A stretch of 32,000 nt of DNA from Desulfotalea psychrophila LSv54 (GTDB lineage Bacteria; Desulfobacterota; Desulfobulbia; Desulfobulbales; Desulfocapsaceae), in assembly GCF_000025945.1 (NCBI RefSeq), contig NC_006138.1:2820001-2852000 (forward strand), in the 5' to 3' direction. Made by a program: the position numbers and the translations under genes. Shown one piece after another: positions 18,794-27,377 of the stretch; within the stretch, counting starts at the first letter, position 1, and each line of letters starts with the position of its first letter. A model generated the notes under the pieces. The model made no database searches. It was not told where the DNA came from and saw only the letters and a program-made list of their open reading frames with translations.

Positions 18794-19918
18794 TTATTTG
18801 TGAACTATTGAATAGGTACCATCCGCCTGAATCTGGTAGGTCATATAACCACTTCCCACCCTATTACCATCTTGGGCAAAAGAGATAGGACCTGTAATTC
18901 CAGGATAATCCCTTAAGGTGTGAAGAAAATCTGCCGCCTTTTTAGTATCAAAATCGCCATTGGACTCCATAGCGTGAATAAAGGCGCGCATACCATCAAC
19001 GTTGAGCAGGGTCCAAATTGATGGTGGCATGGTGCCATACTTTGTCTGATAGTCCTTGAGGAAATCCTTGGCCAAATCATATGGAAGAAGATCTGGAGTG
19101 GGGACATTAATGATATAGGCACCGGCAGCTGCCCTTCCTGCAAGTTTAGCAAAGTCAGGATTATCATTGGCATCACCACCAACAAAGTCTGTCTTCATGG
19201 CCAGGGCTATCATCTGGGCACGGATCAAACCGCCATCGGAATAGTAACCTGCATAAAAGATAACATCCGGACGTTTTGATTTTAACTGGGTAAGAACAGG
19301 TGTAAAATTTTGTCCTCCGGCCTTTACCTTTTCCCGGGCAACAATATTACCACCGGCCTCTTCTATGGCCTTCTCCACTGCATTGCCAAGTCCTACAGCA
19401 TAGCTGGAAAAGTCAGAGAGGATGGCTATCCGCTTATATTTTTTTACGTTTACAAAGTAATCAGCGGTAAAGGTTGCCTCGGCACTGTTGGGAAAGGAGT
19501 TTCTGAAAAAGGTCCAATAGCCGTGGCTGGTCAAGCTGTCACTGGTACCATCACTGGTTTGCAGAACTCCCGCCCGATAATAGGTTGCCTGAGCTGCCTC
19601 GGCGCATGTCGAGGTGTAGGAGCCAATGATCATCTTGGCACCCTTATTAACAAGATCTTTGGCACAGATAGCCGCCTTCATGGCAGTGCCCTCGTCATCA
19701 CAGGTAATTACCTCTATCTGCCTACCCATGACGCCGCCCTTGGCATTGATCTGCTCTGCAAGCAAACGGGCTGCATTATCAATCCCCTGGCCTTCATTTG
19801 CATAACTACCGGTAATCGGGGCCTGCACACCCACCGTCAGCACATCTTTTGCATAGCTGGTGGTGGCCATAAGGGATAAACTTAGCAGCGACACCGCCAA
19901 GGCTTTCTTCTTCAACAT
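18794..19918 (-). CDS. livK: ABC transporter periplasmic amino-acid (Leu/Ile/Val-type) binding protein
   Basis: 374 aa: signal peptide MLKKKALAVSLLSLSLMATTSYA, then VGVQAPITGSYANEGQGIDNAARLLAEQINAKGGVMGRQIEV... typical Peripla_BP_6 fold sequence. Confidence 0.9.
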   Translation of the reverse strand: MLKKKALAVSLLSLSLMATTSYAKDVLTVGVQAPITGSYANEGQGIDNAARLLAEQINAKGGVMGRQIEVITCDDEGTAMKAAICAKDLVNKGAKMIIGSYTSTCAEAAQATYYRAGVLQTSDGTSDSLTSHGYWTFFRNSFPNSAEATFTADYFVNVKKYKRIAILSDFSSYAVGLGNAVEKAIEEAGGNIVAREKVKAGGQNFTPVLTQLKSKRPDVIFYAGYYSDGGLIRAQMIALAMKTDFVGGDANDNPDFAKLAGRAAAGAYIINVPTPDLLPYDLAKDFLKDYQTKYGTMPPSIWTLLNVDGMRAFIHAMESNGDFDTKKAADFLHTLRDYPGITGPISFAQDGNRVGSGYMTYQIQADGTYSIVHK

Positions 19919-20104
19919 TGTATTTCTCCAAATCGAATAGTTGTTCTTTTACCCATGGGAAAAGATTTCGTTAAAAGCAACTCTTCTCCCCCAGGTCATG
20001 TAGACAACAAACACGTCTACACTTTTCTATAAACATTTCAATGCGAAAAGCCACACTGAACACAGATCTGGCCACTCAAAAAATGACCGATCGTTTTAAT
20101 TTCT

Positions 20105-21745
20105 TTAATTTTCATCCATAAATGGATAGGAAAACTCTGTGGCAGCGACAAAGGTCTCTTTAACGGTTCGAGGGGACACCCAACGCATCAGATTACTGGC
20201 TGCGCCGGCCTTGTCGTTGGTACCCGAAGCCCTACCCCCGCCAAAAGGCTGCTGACCAACCACTGGTCCCGTTGGCTTATCATTGATATAGAAATTTCCT
20301 GCAGCATGCTCAAGTTTCGTCAGGGCAGTACTGGTCGCCTCTCTGTCCCGTGAAAAAATTGCTCCGGTTAAAGCATAGACAGATGTACTATCACAGAGAG
20401 CTAAGGTCTCCATATAATCCTCATCTTCATAGACATAGATGCTTATAACAGGACCAAAAATCTCTTCAACCATCGTCTCAAAACAGGGGTCAGTTGCGAG
20501 AATAACCGTTGGTTCGATAAAGTAGCCAAGACTATCATCATAACCGCCGCCAATGATCACATCTCCACCCTCATTTTCCTTGGCGAAGTCAATATAACTA
20601 GTAATCGAACTAAATGCACCCTTATCAATTACTGCACTTATAAAATTAGAAAAATCTGTAGTTGCCCCCACCTTTATTTTTGCAATTTCTCTCTTCAAAC
20701 CCTCCTCTATCACCAGCCAAAGAGTACGGGGAATATAGGCCCGAGATGCGGCTGAGCACTTTTGTCCCTGATACTCAAAGGCACCACGAACAATGGCTGT
20801 AACAATTTGCTGGGGATCTGCCGATGAATGGGCAAAGATAAAATCCTTACCTCCTGTTTCTCCAACAATTCTAGGATAAGATTTATAGCTTGCAATATTA
20901 TTACCCACTGTCTTCCACATAAACTGAAAGACAGCCGTTGAACCGGTAAAATGAATACCTGCAAGATTAGGGTCGGCAAGACAGATATCACCCACAGAGG
21001 CACCTGCACCGGGAACAAAATTGATAACGCCCGGGGGCAGACCGGCCTCCGCAAAAATTTCCATCAAGAGATAGGGGGTGTAAACCAGGGAAGAGGCAGG
21101 TTTCCACACCACGGTGTTGCCCATCAGGGCCGGGGCAGTGGGAAGGTTACCGGCAATAGCGGTAAAGTTAAAGGGCGTTACGGCAAAGACAAATCCCTCA
21201 AGAGGACGGTACTGAACAAAGTTCCACACTCCCGGGGAGGAGACAGGCTGATTCTTATAAATCTGCTCTGCATAGCTGACATTAAAACGAAGAAAATCTA
21301 TGAGTTCACAGGCCGCATCAATTTCCGCCTGATAGGCTGTTTTCCCGCCAGCAAGCATGGCTCCGGCATTAATTTTATAACGATATTTACCTGCAATAAG
21401 TTCCGCAGCCTTCAGGAAAATTGCACAACGTTCTTCCCAACGCATGGACTGCCACCTGGACTGAGCAGCAAGAGCTGCGTCAATGGCCAGCCGTACCGCC
21501 TTCTCCCCTGCCCTGTGATAGTGAGCCATCACATGTCTGTGATCATGGGGCATAACCACCTGTCCGATATTGCCCGTACGAATCTCCTCGCCATTAATAA
21601 TAAGAGGAATATCCAGAACAAGCTGACTCATCTCTTCTAAGGCAGCCTTCAGTGCTCTTCGTTCAGGACTACCCGGAGCATAATCATAAATTGGTTCATT
21701 AATAGGTTTTGGTGTATTAATTACTGCATTATTCAAAAGATTCAT
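20105..21745 (-). CDS. pruA: L-glutamate gamma-semialdehyde (1-pyrroline-5-carboxylate) dehydrogenase, ALDH4-type
   Basis: 546 aa with GKTAYQAEIDAACELIDFLRFN, PFNFTAIAGNLPTAPALMGNTVVWKP, FTGSTAVFQFMW, ETGGKDF, EYQGQKCSAASR, FGGGRASGTNDK. Confidence 0.92.
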   Translation of the reverse strand: MNLLNNAVINTPKPINEPIYDYAPGSPERRALKAALEEMSQLVLDIPLIINGEEIRTGNIGQVVMPHDHRHVMAHYHRAGEKAVRLAIDAALAAQSRWQSMRWEERCAIFLKAAELIAGKYRYKINAGAMLAGGKTAYQAEIDAACELIDFLRFNVSYAEQIYKNQPVSSPGVWNFVQYRPLEGFVFAVTPFNFTAIAGNLPTAPALMGNTVVWKPASSLVYTPYLLMEIFAEAGLPPGVINFVPGAGASVGDICLADPNLAGIHFTGSTAVFQFMWKTVGNNIASYKSYPRIVGETGGKDFIFAHSSADPQQIVTAIVRGAFEYQGQKCSAASRAYIPRTLWLVIEEGLKREIAKIKVGATTDFSNFISAVIDKGAFSSITSYIDFAKENEGGDVIIGGGYDDSLGYFIEPTVILATDPCFETMVEEIFGPVISIYVYEDEDYMETLALCDSTSVYALTGAIFSRDREATSTALTKLEHAAGNFYINDKPTGPVVGQQPFGGGRASGTNDKAGAASNLMRWVSPRTVKETFVAATEFSYPFMDEN

Positions 21746-21858
21746 ATTATCCCCTTAAAACGAGCAAAGATTTATCTTTTCAGTTTTACCACCGATTTCC
21801 GCACAACAAAGAACTGGCGCGAGATATCTCGCCAGCATTTCCAACCAAACAGAAACGC

Positions 21859-22770
21859 CTACCCCTTCTTAAACAGGGCCTTTATGATAACACCTGCCAT
21901 AGCAGGATTTTCCTGAAGCCTTCTCGTACTATAGCCAAACCACTTCTCCCCAAAGGGAACATAGACCCGCAGGGGATGACCTGCATCAACGAGGGAGGCA
22001 CGCAGGCGAGGAGTCACTCCATAAAGCATCTGGAATTCATACCTATCTTTTGCAACATTATACTTTTCAAGAAGCTTCAGGGCCCCATCCACCAGGGGTT
22101 TATCATGGGTTGCAATGGCAGGATACATCTTCTGCTGAAGCATATATTCAAGATCTTCCAGATAGTGCTGATTGATTGTCTCGTACTCCTTATAGGCAAT
22201 CGCAGGCAGTTCATCGTAAACCCCCTTACACAGACGTAAATTCAGAGGCACCTCCGGACTGTTCAATACAGCCAAGGCCTTAATATCCGCTAGAGTCCTC
22301 TTTAAACAGGCTTGCAGAACAAGCCCTACATTTTCAGGAAACTCCTCCTTTAAGCGACGAAGCAGATCAATGGACATATCCGTACAGGGAGAATCCTCCA
22401 TATCTATCCTAATAAAATTGTCATATGCCGAGGCCTTTTGCACAATTTCACGAATATGCTGATAACAGACCTCCTTATCCAACAGCAGACCCAAAAAGGT
22501 AGGTTTGAGGGAATAGTTTCCCTTTACACCGGCAGCCTCAGCCTTTTCAATAACATTGATATACTCTCTCTTATTTGCCTCTGCCTCTTCAAGTTTGGTA
22601 ATAAACTCACCCAGGACATCAATAGTTGTCATCACATTAATATCATTAAGTTTCTTAGACTTTTCGATGGCCTGTTCAACTGTTTCTCCCGCAATATACT
22701 GTTTCGAAAACATCCACACCAACTGGGGGGGCATATGCGGTAAGATTTGAGAGATAAGCTTATTAATCAT
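21859..22770 (-). CDS. putA: Proline dehydrogenase (monofunctional)
   Basis: 303 aa: YSLKPTFLGLLLDKE, FIRIDMEDSPCTDMSIDLLRRL, GLVLQACLKRTLADI, LNLRLCKGVYDE, ATHDKPLVD, FQMLYGVTPRLRASLVDAGHPLRVYVPFGEKWFGYSTRRLQENP. Confidence 0.92.
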   Translation of the reverse strand: MINKLISQILPHMPPQLVWMFSKQYIAGETVEQAIEKSKKLNDINVMTTIDVLGEFITKLEEAEANKREYINVIEKAEAAGVKGNYSLKPTFLGLLLDKEVCYQHIREIVQKASAYDNFIRIDMEDSPCTDMSIDLLRRLKEEFPENVGLVLQACLKRTLADIKALAVLNSPEVPLNLRLCKGVYDELPAIAYKEYETINQHYLEDLEYMLQQKMYPAIATHDKPLVDGALKLLEKYNVAKDRYEFQMLYGVTPRLRASLVDAGHPLRVYVPFGEKWFGYSTRRLQENPAMAGVIIKALFKKG

Positions 22771-23139
22771 AAATCACCCTCTAAGGCTAAAGTAAAAAAA
22801 TCAAAAAAATCATTACACCAAAATAGCGCAACGGCTTGCCGTTTTATGAAGAACAGACTGTTAAAAAAATTGAATATACAGCGATTTGCTCATTGTAAAA
22901 AAGAGAGCTCACATACAAAAATCTACGATATTCCTAAGTCTTATGTCAAATATTTTTTCAGAAAACAAACAGGATTGAGACAGAGGCAGAGCCTTTAGAC
23001 CCTAGCAGAAGCGATATGCCCCACCCCCTTAATCTGCCCCATCCATCATAAAAGAACAGGAGATTTACCTTTAGTATTTTTTTAGTCAGCCGATACAAAG
23101 AGGTACCTTTTTTCTTTGTAATTTTACTGGAGATTTTTC

Positions 23140-23769
23140 ATGTTTCGACGATTTATACTCATTTTGAGCGTGGCTCTCCTTGCCCTCACAGCAGGCTGTG
23201 CAAGGCATCAACAATTGAAATCCAAGGTCAGCCAGCCCGGAACGTGCCAAGTAGCCACAGCCGATTGGCAATCAATCGTTGCATCCCTGGCAAACAGAAT
23301 AAACAACAGACTCATTCAGCAGAACTATATTGACCGATCTGTTTACATCAGCCCTGCCTGTTACCAGCTCTCTGCCTGTAGCCAAGCCACAACAGCGTTT
23401 GACAGGGTATTTCGCGAGCTGCTCACCGCTAAGCTCTTGGAATACGGTGTCCCAACAACAGACAAAAGAACTCCGGAAACATTAGATATCAGTTATACAA
23501 CCCAGGTACTTGCCCAATCAAACATGGGCTACTGGGGGCCTAAGATTAGCGCCAAGGTACTGATAACCACCTCAATAATATCCAACAACAGATACATCTT
23601 TTCTCAATCAGATATCTACCGACTCAACTCCGATGAGTTCAGGTATTACCAAAAAGCCACACCCGCCACGGTCATCGGTATTGCCTCTGAAAAGAAGACA
23701 GATGCTCTGCCACTTAAGCAGACGCCTGAAGCTGAAGAAATTCTTCTAGAACCTCAACCTCTCTTTTAA
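23140..23769 (+). CDS. FlgO-like lipoprotein (divergent)
   Basis: 209 aa with lipobox LLALTAGC. Region NRINNRLIQQNYIDRSVYISPAC... SNMGYWGPKISAKVLITTSIISNNRYIFSQSDIYRL is similar in layout to the next ORF. Confidence 0.6.
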   Translation: MFRRFILILSVALLALTAGCARHQQLKSKVSQPGTCQVATADWQSIVASLANRINNRLIQQNYIDRSVYISPACYQLSACSQATTAFDRVFRELLTAKLLEYGVPTTDKRTPETLDISYTTQVLAQSNMGYWGPKISAKVLITTSIISNNRYIFSQSDIYRLNSDEFRYYQKATPATVIGIASEKKTDALPLKQTPEAEEILLEPQPLF

Positions 23770-23782
23770 CCTCTAACAAATC

Positions 23783-24412
23783 ATGATGAGTATGAAAAAA
23801 AAATCCACCTATTACTGCCCGCTTTTTCTAGGATTCGTCTCAGCCCTTCTCTTTCTGGGCGCATGCTCCACCCCAACATTTGACCATACACCTCTGGCGG
23901 CAAGAAAAAATCTCATTCTCTTCTCCTATGATATTGTCGATGATCTTGTAGAAAATGCTATGCCGCCAATTATTCCAGGAAACCCGGAGCAACCCATCCT
24001 GGTAACCACGGTGGTCAGTAACAACAATCTGCAGAAGACCTCAGCCTTTGGTAGACTCATCCAGCAACAGGTAATCTCAAGATTTGTTCAGCACAACTAT
24101 ATCGTCAAAGAGATAAAGCTTGAAGATAAGCTCCATATAAGGCCTCAAACTGGCGAAACAATACTCAGTCGACATCCACAGAACATCAAAGAAGAGCAGA
24201 CAGCTCAGGCCATTTTTACCGGAACAACCTCACGAGCCAATCGGGTGCTCTATATTTCTGCTCGCCTGATAAATCCAAAAGATGGTACTATAATTTCAGC
24301 AAATGATTACTCGCTGACCATCGACGAGCATATCATGGCATTACTCGGCTTGGAAGAAGATGACAGAGTCGCAGAGCCGGAAAGACCCATTATGAACTCT
24401 ATTTTAGAGTAG
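23783..24412 (+). CDS. FlgO family lipoprotein
   Basis: 209 aa with lipobox LFLGAC. ILVTTVVSNNNLQKTSAFGRLIQQQVISRFVQHNYIVKEIKLEDKLHIRPQTGETILSRHPQNI... AQAIFTGTTSRANRVLYISARLINPKDGTIISANDYSL. Confidence 0.75.
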   Translation: MMSMKKKSTYYCPLFLGFVSALLFLGACSTPTFDHTPLAARKNLILFSYDIVDDLVENAMPPIIPGNPEQPILVTTVVSNNNLQKTSAFGRLIQQQVISRFVQHNYIVKEIKLEDKLHIRPQTGETILSRHPQNIKEEQTAQAIFTGTTSRANRVLYISARLINPKDGTIISANDYSLTIDEHIMALLGLEEDDRVAEPERPIMNSILE

Positions 24413-24415
24413 CCA

Positions 24416-25240
24416 ATGAAAAAAAAACGCCTTGCCCTCATCCCCGGAGCATCAAGACCCATCGGCAGAGCAATCGCCCGAGCCTTTGCTGATGCAGGTT
24501 TTGAACTCCTCCTCCCCATCTACGACTGGCCCGATTCTATTGCTGAAATGAATAGAGAGTTCCGGGCATCCGGCTACTCCTTCACAACGGCGGAGGTAGA
24601 CCTACGAGTAGAGGAGGAGGTGGAGAGCTATCTTGGTATAATTAAAAGGCAAAGGGGCAGGCTCGACGTCCTGGTTAACAATATAGAGAGAGGCGGGATG
24701 CCCATCATACACGGGAGCTACAGCCATCCACACAACAGAGATCAATGGCAGCGGGAAATTGAAACCACCCTTAACGCCAAGTGGTTTCTCTATCAACACA
24801 GCCTGCCACTCCTACAAAGGGGCTACGATGCCTCCATTATAAATATCAGTTCGATTGCCGCAAATATTGGTCGAACAGGACCTGCCGCCCTCCTCTTCAG
24901 CGACGGCTACAGTGCCGCCAACGGCGCAATCTCCTCCCTCACCACCACCTGGGCCCGAGAGGCCGCTCCCCATATCCGGGTAAATGAAATCCAACTAGGC
25001 ATGATTGATGGCCGCCATGGCAAGGGGACACGAGGTTGGGCTGAGATGAGCAAAAAGGATCGCAAGAGGTTACGCAAACATATACTGCTGAGAAGAACGG
25101 GAAGGGCAGATGAAGTGGCAAAAACGGTGCTTTTTTTAGCCTGTGACGCTAGCTATATAACAGGTGCCAGCCTGCGTATCGACGGTGGCTACACCCTGGG
25201 CGGCGAAAATGTACCACCACTACCACCTGGTATTCTATAG
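24416..25240 (+). CDS. Short-chain dehydrogenase/reductase (3-oxoacyl-ACP reductase-like)
   Basis: 274 aa with IPGASRPIGRAIARAFADAGF, VNNIERG, SIINISSIAANIGRTGPAALLFSDGYSAANGAISSLTTTWARE, VLFLACDASYITGASLRIDGGYTLGG. Confidence 0.88.
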   Translation: MKKKRLALIPGASRPIGRAIARAFADAGFELLLPIYDWPDSIAEMNREFRASGYSFTTAEVDLRVEEEVESYLGIIKRQRGRLDVLVNNIERGGMPIIHGSYSHPHNRDQWQREIETTLNAKWFLYQHSLPLLQRGYDASIINISSIAANIGRTGPAALLFSDGYSAANGAISSLTTTWAREAAPHIRVNEIQLGMIDGRHGKGTRGWAEMSKKDRKRLRKHILLRRTGRADEVAKTVLFLACDASYITGASLRIDGGYTLGGENVPPLPPGIL

Positions 25241-25930
25241 AGATAAGAACGATTCGACGATGCTCCCCAGAGAAATATCAGAGAATTCACCATCCTCATA
25301 GACCCTGATTATCTCAGTACTCTCCAGGCACTTCTCTCTAAACCTTACCGACAGTGGCTCTTTCAGGAAGTAAAAGATCCGCAAGGCAAGACCTACCACC
25401 TGCAGATCCCCGGAATCAAGATAGGGCAAAAGATCAGCAATAATATCCTCTTCCCGCAGGAGATCAGGATATTTTTCAGCCAAACGCCCCACCCCCCACA
25501 ATGCTCCCTGTTGCAATTGAGGCAGTTCAAGTTGATTGCCATCCTGAAAGGGTTCATCCCCATCTTCACGTAGATAGGAGAGCAACATATGCAGATATTC
25601 TCCGCGAAGACCCTCATGGAAGCACATAATCTCCGCCATGGATTCCGGGGCCCCCCAGCCAATACCACCCGATTCATCGTTAAGGCTCCACAAAAACCTT
25701 CTCATAATCATCCGGGCAGACTCAATGTTTTTCTCAGCAATACGAGGGACAATAATACCAAAAGCGCTTACGGCTCGCCAACGAAGTACCTCGTCAACAC
25801 TGCAGATAAATGAAAAGAGGGGATTTAAAAGCTGTTGCTCTTTATATGGGGAGAGAATTTCTCCTAACTTAGAAAATGGAGCGCTTGGTAACTCTGCTGC
25901 CAGTTTTTTCTTCAGTGCTATTCTAGACAT
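25235..25930 (-). CDS. HEAT-repeat-like protein of the DVU0298 type
   Basis: 231 aa: LLNPLFSFICSVDEVLRWRAVSAFG... MRRFLWSLNDESGGIGWGAPESMAEIMCFHEGLRGEY ... GALWGVGRLAEKYPDLL, a conserved delta-proteobacterial type. Confidence 0.65.
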   Translation of the reverse strand: MSRIALKKKLAAELPSAPFSKLGEILSPYKEQQLLNPLFSFICSVDEVLRWRAVSAFGIIVPRIAEKNIESARMIMRRFLWSLNDESGGIGWGAPESMAEIMCFHEGLRGEYLHMLLSYLREDGDEPFQDGNQLELPQLQQGALWGVGRLAEKYPDLLREEDIIADLLPYLDSGDLQVVGLALRIFYFLKEPLSVRFREKCLESTEIIRVYEDGEFSDISLGSIVESFLSL

Positions 25931-27033
25931 TAAGCCTCCGACAGAGATTCAGAATTTTCATCAAGCCTACGCGCACCATCAAATAACAATTTCATAAAAC
26001 TATCTATGGGTTTTAAATCTTTTTCCTCTGCAGATAAACCCTGAATAAAGCAGAATCGGCCACTATCCAGACCCAGCAAAGCGTTGAAGGCATCTCTGTC
26101 CAACAGATCATTATAGCTGGCAGCCACCAACTCCCCCTCACTAAAACTCAGCCAAGCATCGACAAGTCCCGGCCCATCTATCTCCATCCGACCAGTTTTT
26201 TTTGTAGAGTACAAGAGTTGGCAGATCTCCGGAAAAGCCATATCAGCAAGTTGCCCCTGCAGGGCTGGAGCCTGAGCTCTTTTACGGGTGATAAGGGCTA
26301 TATAATTCGCTACCAATTTATATAAGGGGGAATAGAGATCAGGAAACATCTTGAGGAGATAATAGAAATTCTCCTGAGTCATCTCCCCCACCCGACAGGC
26401 CTCCAAAGGCACAATCGTAGCTACTACAGGATTACCAGAAAAGAGGGCAGACAAACCAAAGATATCTCCAGCACCAAGTTCTGTCAGCTGCTGACCATCT
26501 GCATCAACAATCTCGACACGACCTGAAAGGAGGATGCTCAAGTGAGGACGCAGAGCGCCTTGGGAGATAATAGGAGAATGAGGAGAATACTCTCGCAACT
26601 CAAACAGAGTTTTCACCTCTGCCAAATCGCTCTCCGAGAGGACTTTAAATATATCTAACTCAGATATCACCCTGCTAAAATCTGAATCATTCGTTAGTTC
26701 AGAACGACGCTCAGCTGCGGCAAGCATCTTCATCTGGGGAGTAAGAAATTTTTCCCTCTCCTTTCTAAGTTCAAAACAGGCAAAACCTTCACAGCCACTA
26801 CCCCGACAATCAAAATAAACGGCACTATTGACAATATGATGTCCCGCTCTCTGCTCTTTGCTCTTCAAAGAGCGAAGCTCTAAAAGCAGATCGGCCAGGG
26901 CTGGACAGGCAGACTTGCTCACGGGAAGGACTATTTGTCCCTCCCGCGCACAAAACTCTTGGCGAGCACTATAGAGGGGACAATCATCTTCTTCTCTTAG
27001 AACAAAGATGCCATCTATAGTTTGCTTTTCCAT
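25930..27033 (-). CDS. Cys-rich N-terminus + cyclic-nucleotide-binding domain + DUF4388/PATAN-like C-terminal domain
   Basis: ORF extends to 27180; preferred ATG at 27033 (MEKQTIDGIFVLREEDDCPLYS...). cNMP fold (IFKVLSESDLAEVKTLFELREYSPHSPIISQG...LSILLSGRVEIVD...LTELGAGDIFGLSALFSGNPVVATIVPLEACRVGEM), then LQGQLADMAFPEICQLLYSTKKTGRMEIDGPGLVDAWLSFSEGELVAASYNDLLDRDAF. Confidence 0.75.
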   Translation of the reverse strand: MEKQTIDGIFVLREEDDCPLYSARQEFCAREGQIVLPVSKSACPALADLLLELRSLKSKEQRAGHHIVNSAVYFDCRGSGCEGFACFELRKEREKFLTPQMKMLAAAERRSELTNDSDFSRVISELDIFKVLSESDLAEVKTLFELREYSPHSPIISQGALRPHLSILLSGRVEIVDADGQQLTELGAGDIFGLSALFSGNPVVATIVPLEACRVGEMTQENFYYLLKMFPDLYSPLYKLVANYIALITRKRAQAPALQGQLADMAFPEICQLLYSTKKTGRMEIDGPGLVDAWLSFSEGELVAASYNDLLDRDAFNALLGLDSGRFCFIQGLSAEEKDLKPIDSFMKLLFDGARRLDENSESLSEA

Positions 27034-27034
27034 G

Positions 27035-27367
27035 TTAATCCGAACCGCCGAAGATAAGGTAAATAACAATGGCCAAAGAGACAGCCCCACCAACAAGAAC
27101 AGGAATAATCTTAAATATCTGCACCTCGCCATTAACAACAAGAGCACCCATGTACTCTGTCCCTGAGACAAACCAAACAAGAATCAGAACAGCTGCTATA
27201 ATTATCCCCTTCCACTTCTGGCGATAGACCATATAGGCAAGCCAACAGGCAATGGGCATAAAAAACCAAGGATTAGAGACGAGGGCAGCGATATCCACAT
27301 CCGCTACCTGCTGTGGTATCCGAGTCGAGATCCAAGCACTCAGAAGTTTTTCCCAAAACACTGCCAT
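27035..27367 (-). CDS. Small membrane protein
   Basis: 110 aa with ~3 hydrophobic segments (WFFMPIACWLAYMVY, GIIIAAVLILVWFVSG, IIPVLVGGAVSLAIVIYLIF). Located tightly upstream of the cNMP gene. Confidence 0.65.
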   Translation of the reverse strand: MAVFWEKLLSAWISTRIPQQVADVDIAALVSNPWFFMPIACWLAYMVYRQKWKGIIIAAVLILVWFVSGTEYMGALVVNGEVQIFKIIPVLVGGAVSLAIVIYLIFGGSD

Positions 27368-27377
27368 ATTTCACCTT

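Noticed and set aside
22830-22843. Short inverted repeat AACGGCTTGCCGTT upstream of putA
   Set aside because: Only a 6-bp arm with a 2-nt spacer and no other supporting features. Too weak to call as an operator or terminator.
22747-22998. 83-aa ORF MRDKLINHKSPSKAKVKKSKK...
   Set aside because: It begins antisense to putA and extends through AT-rich intergenic DNA. Composition is basic and there is no family resemblance.
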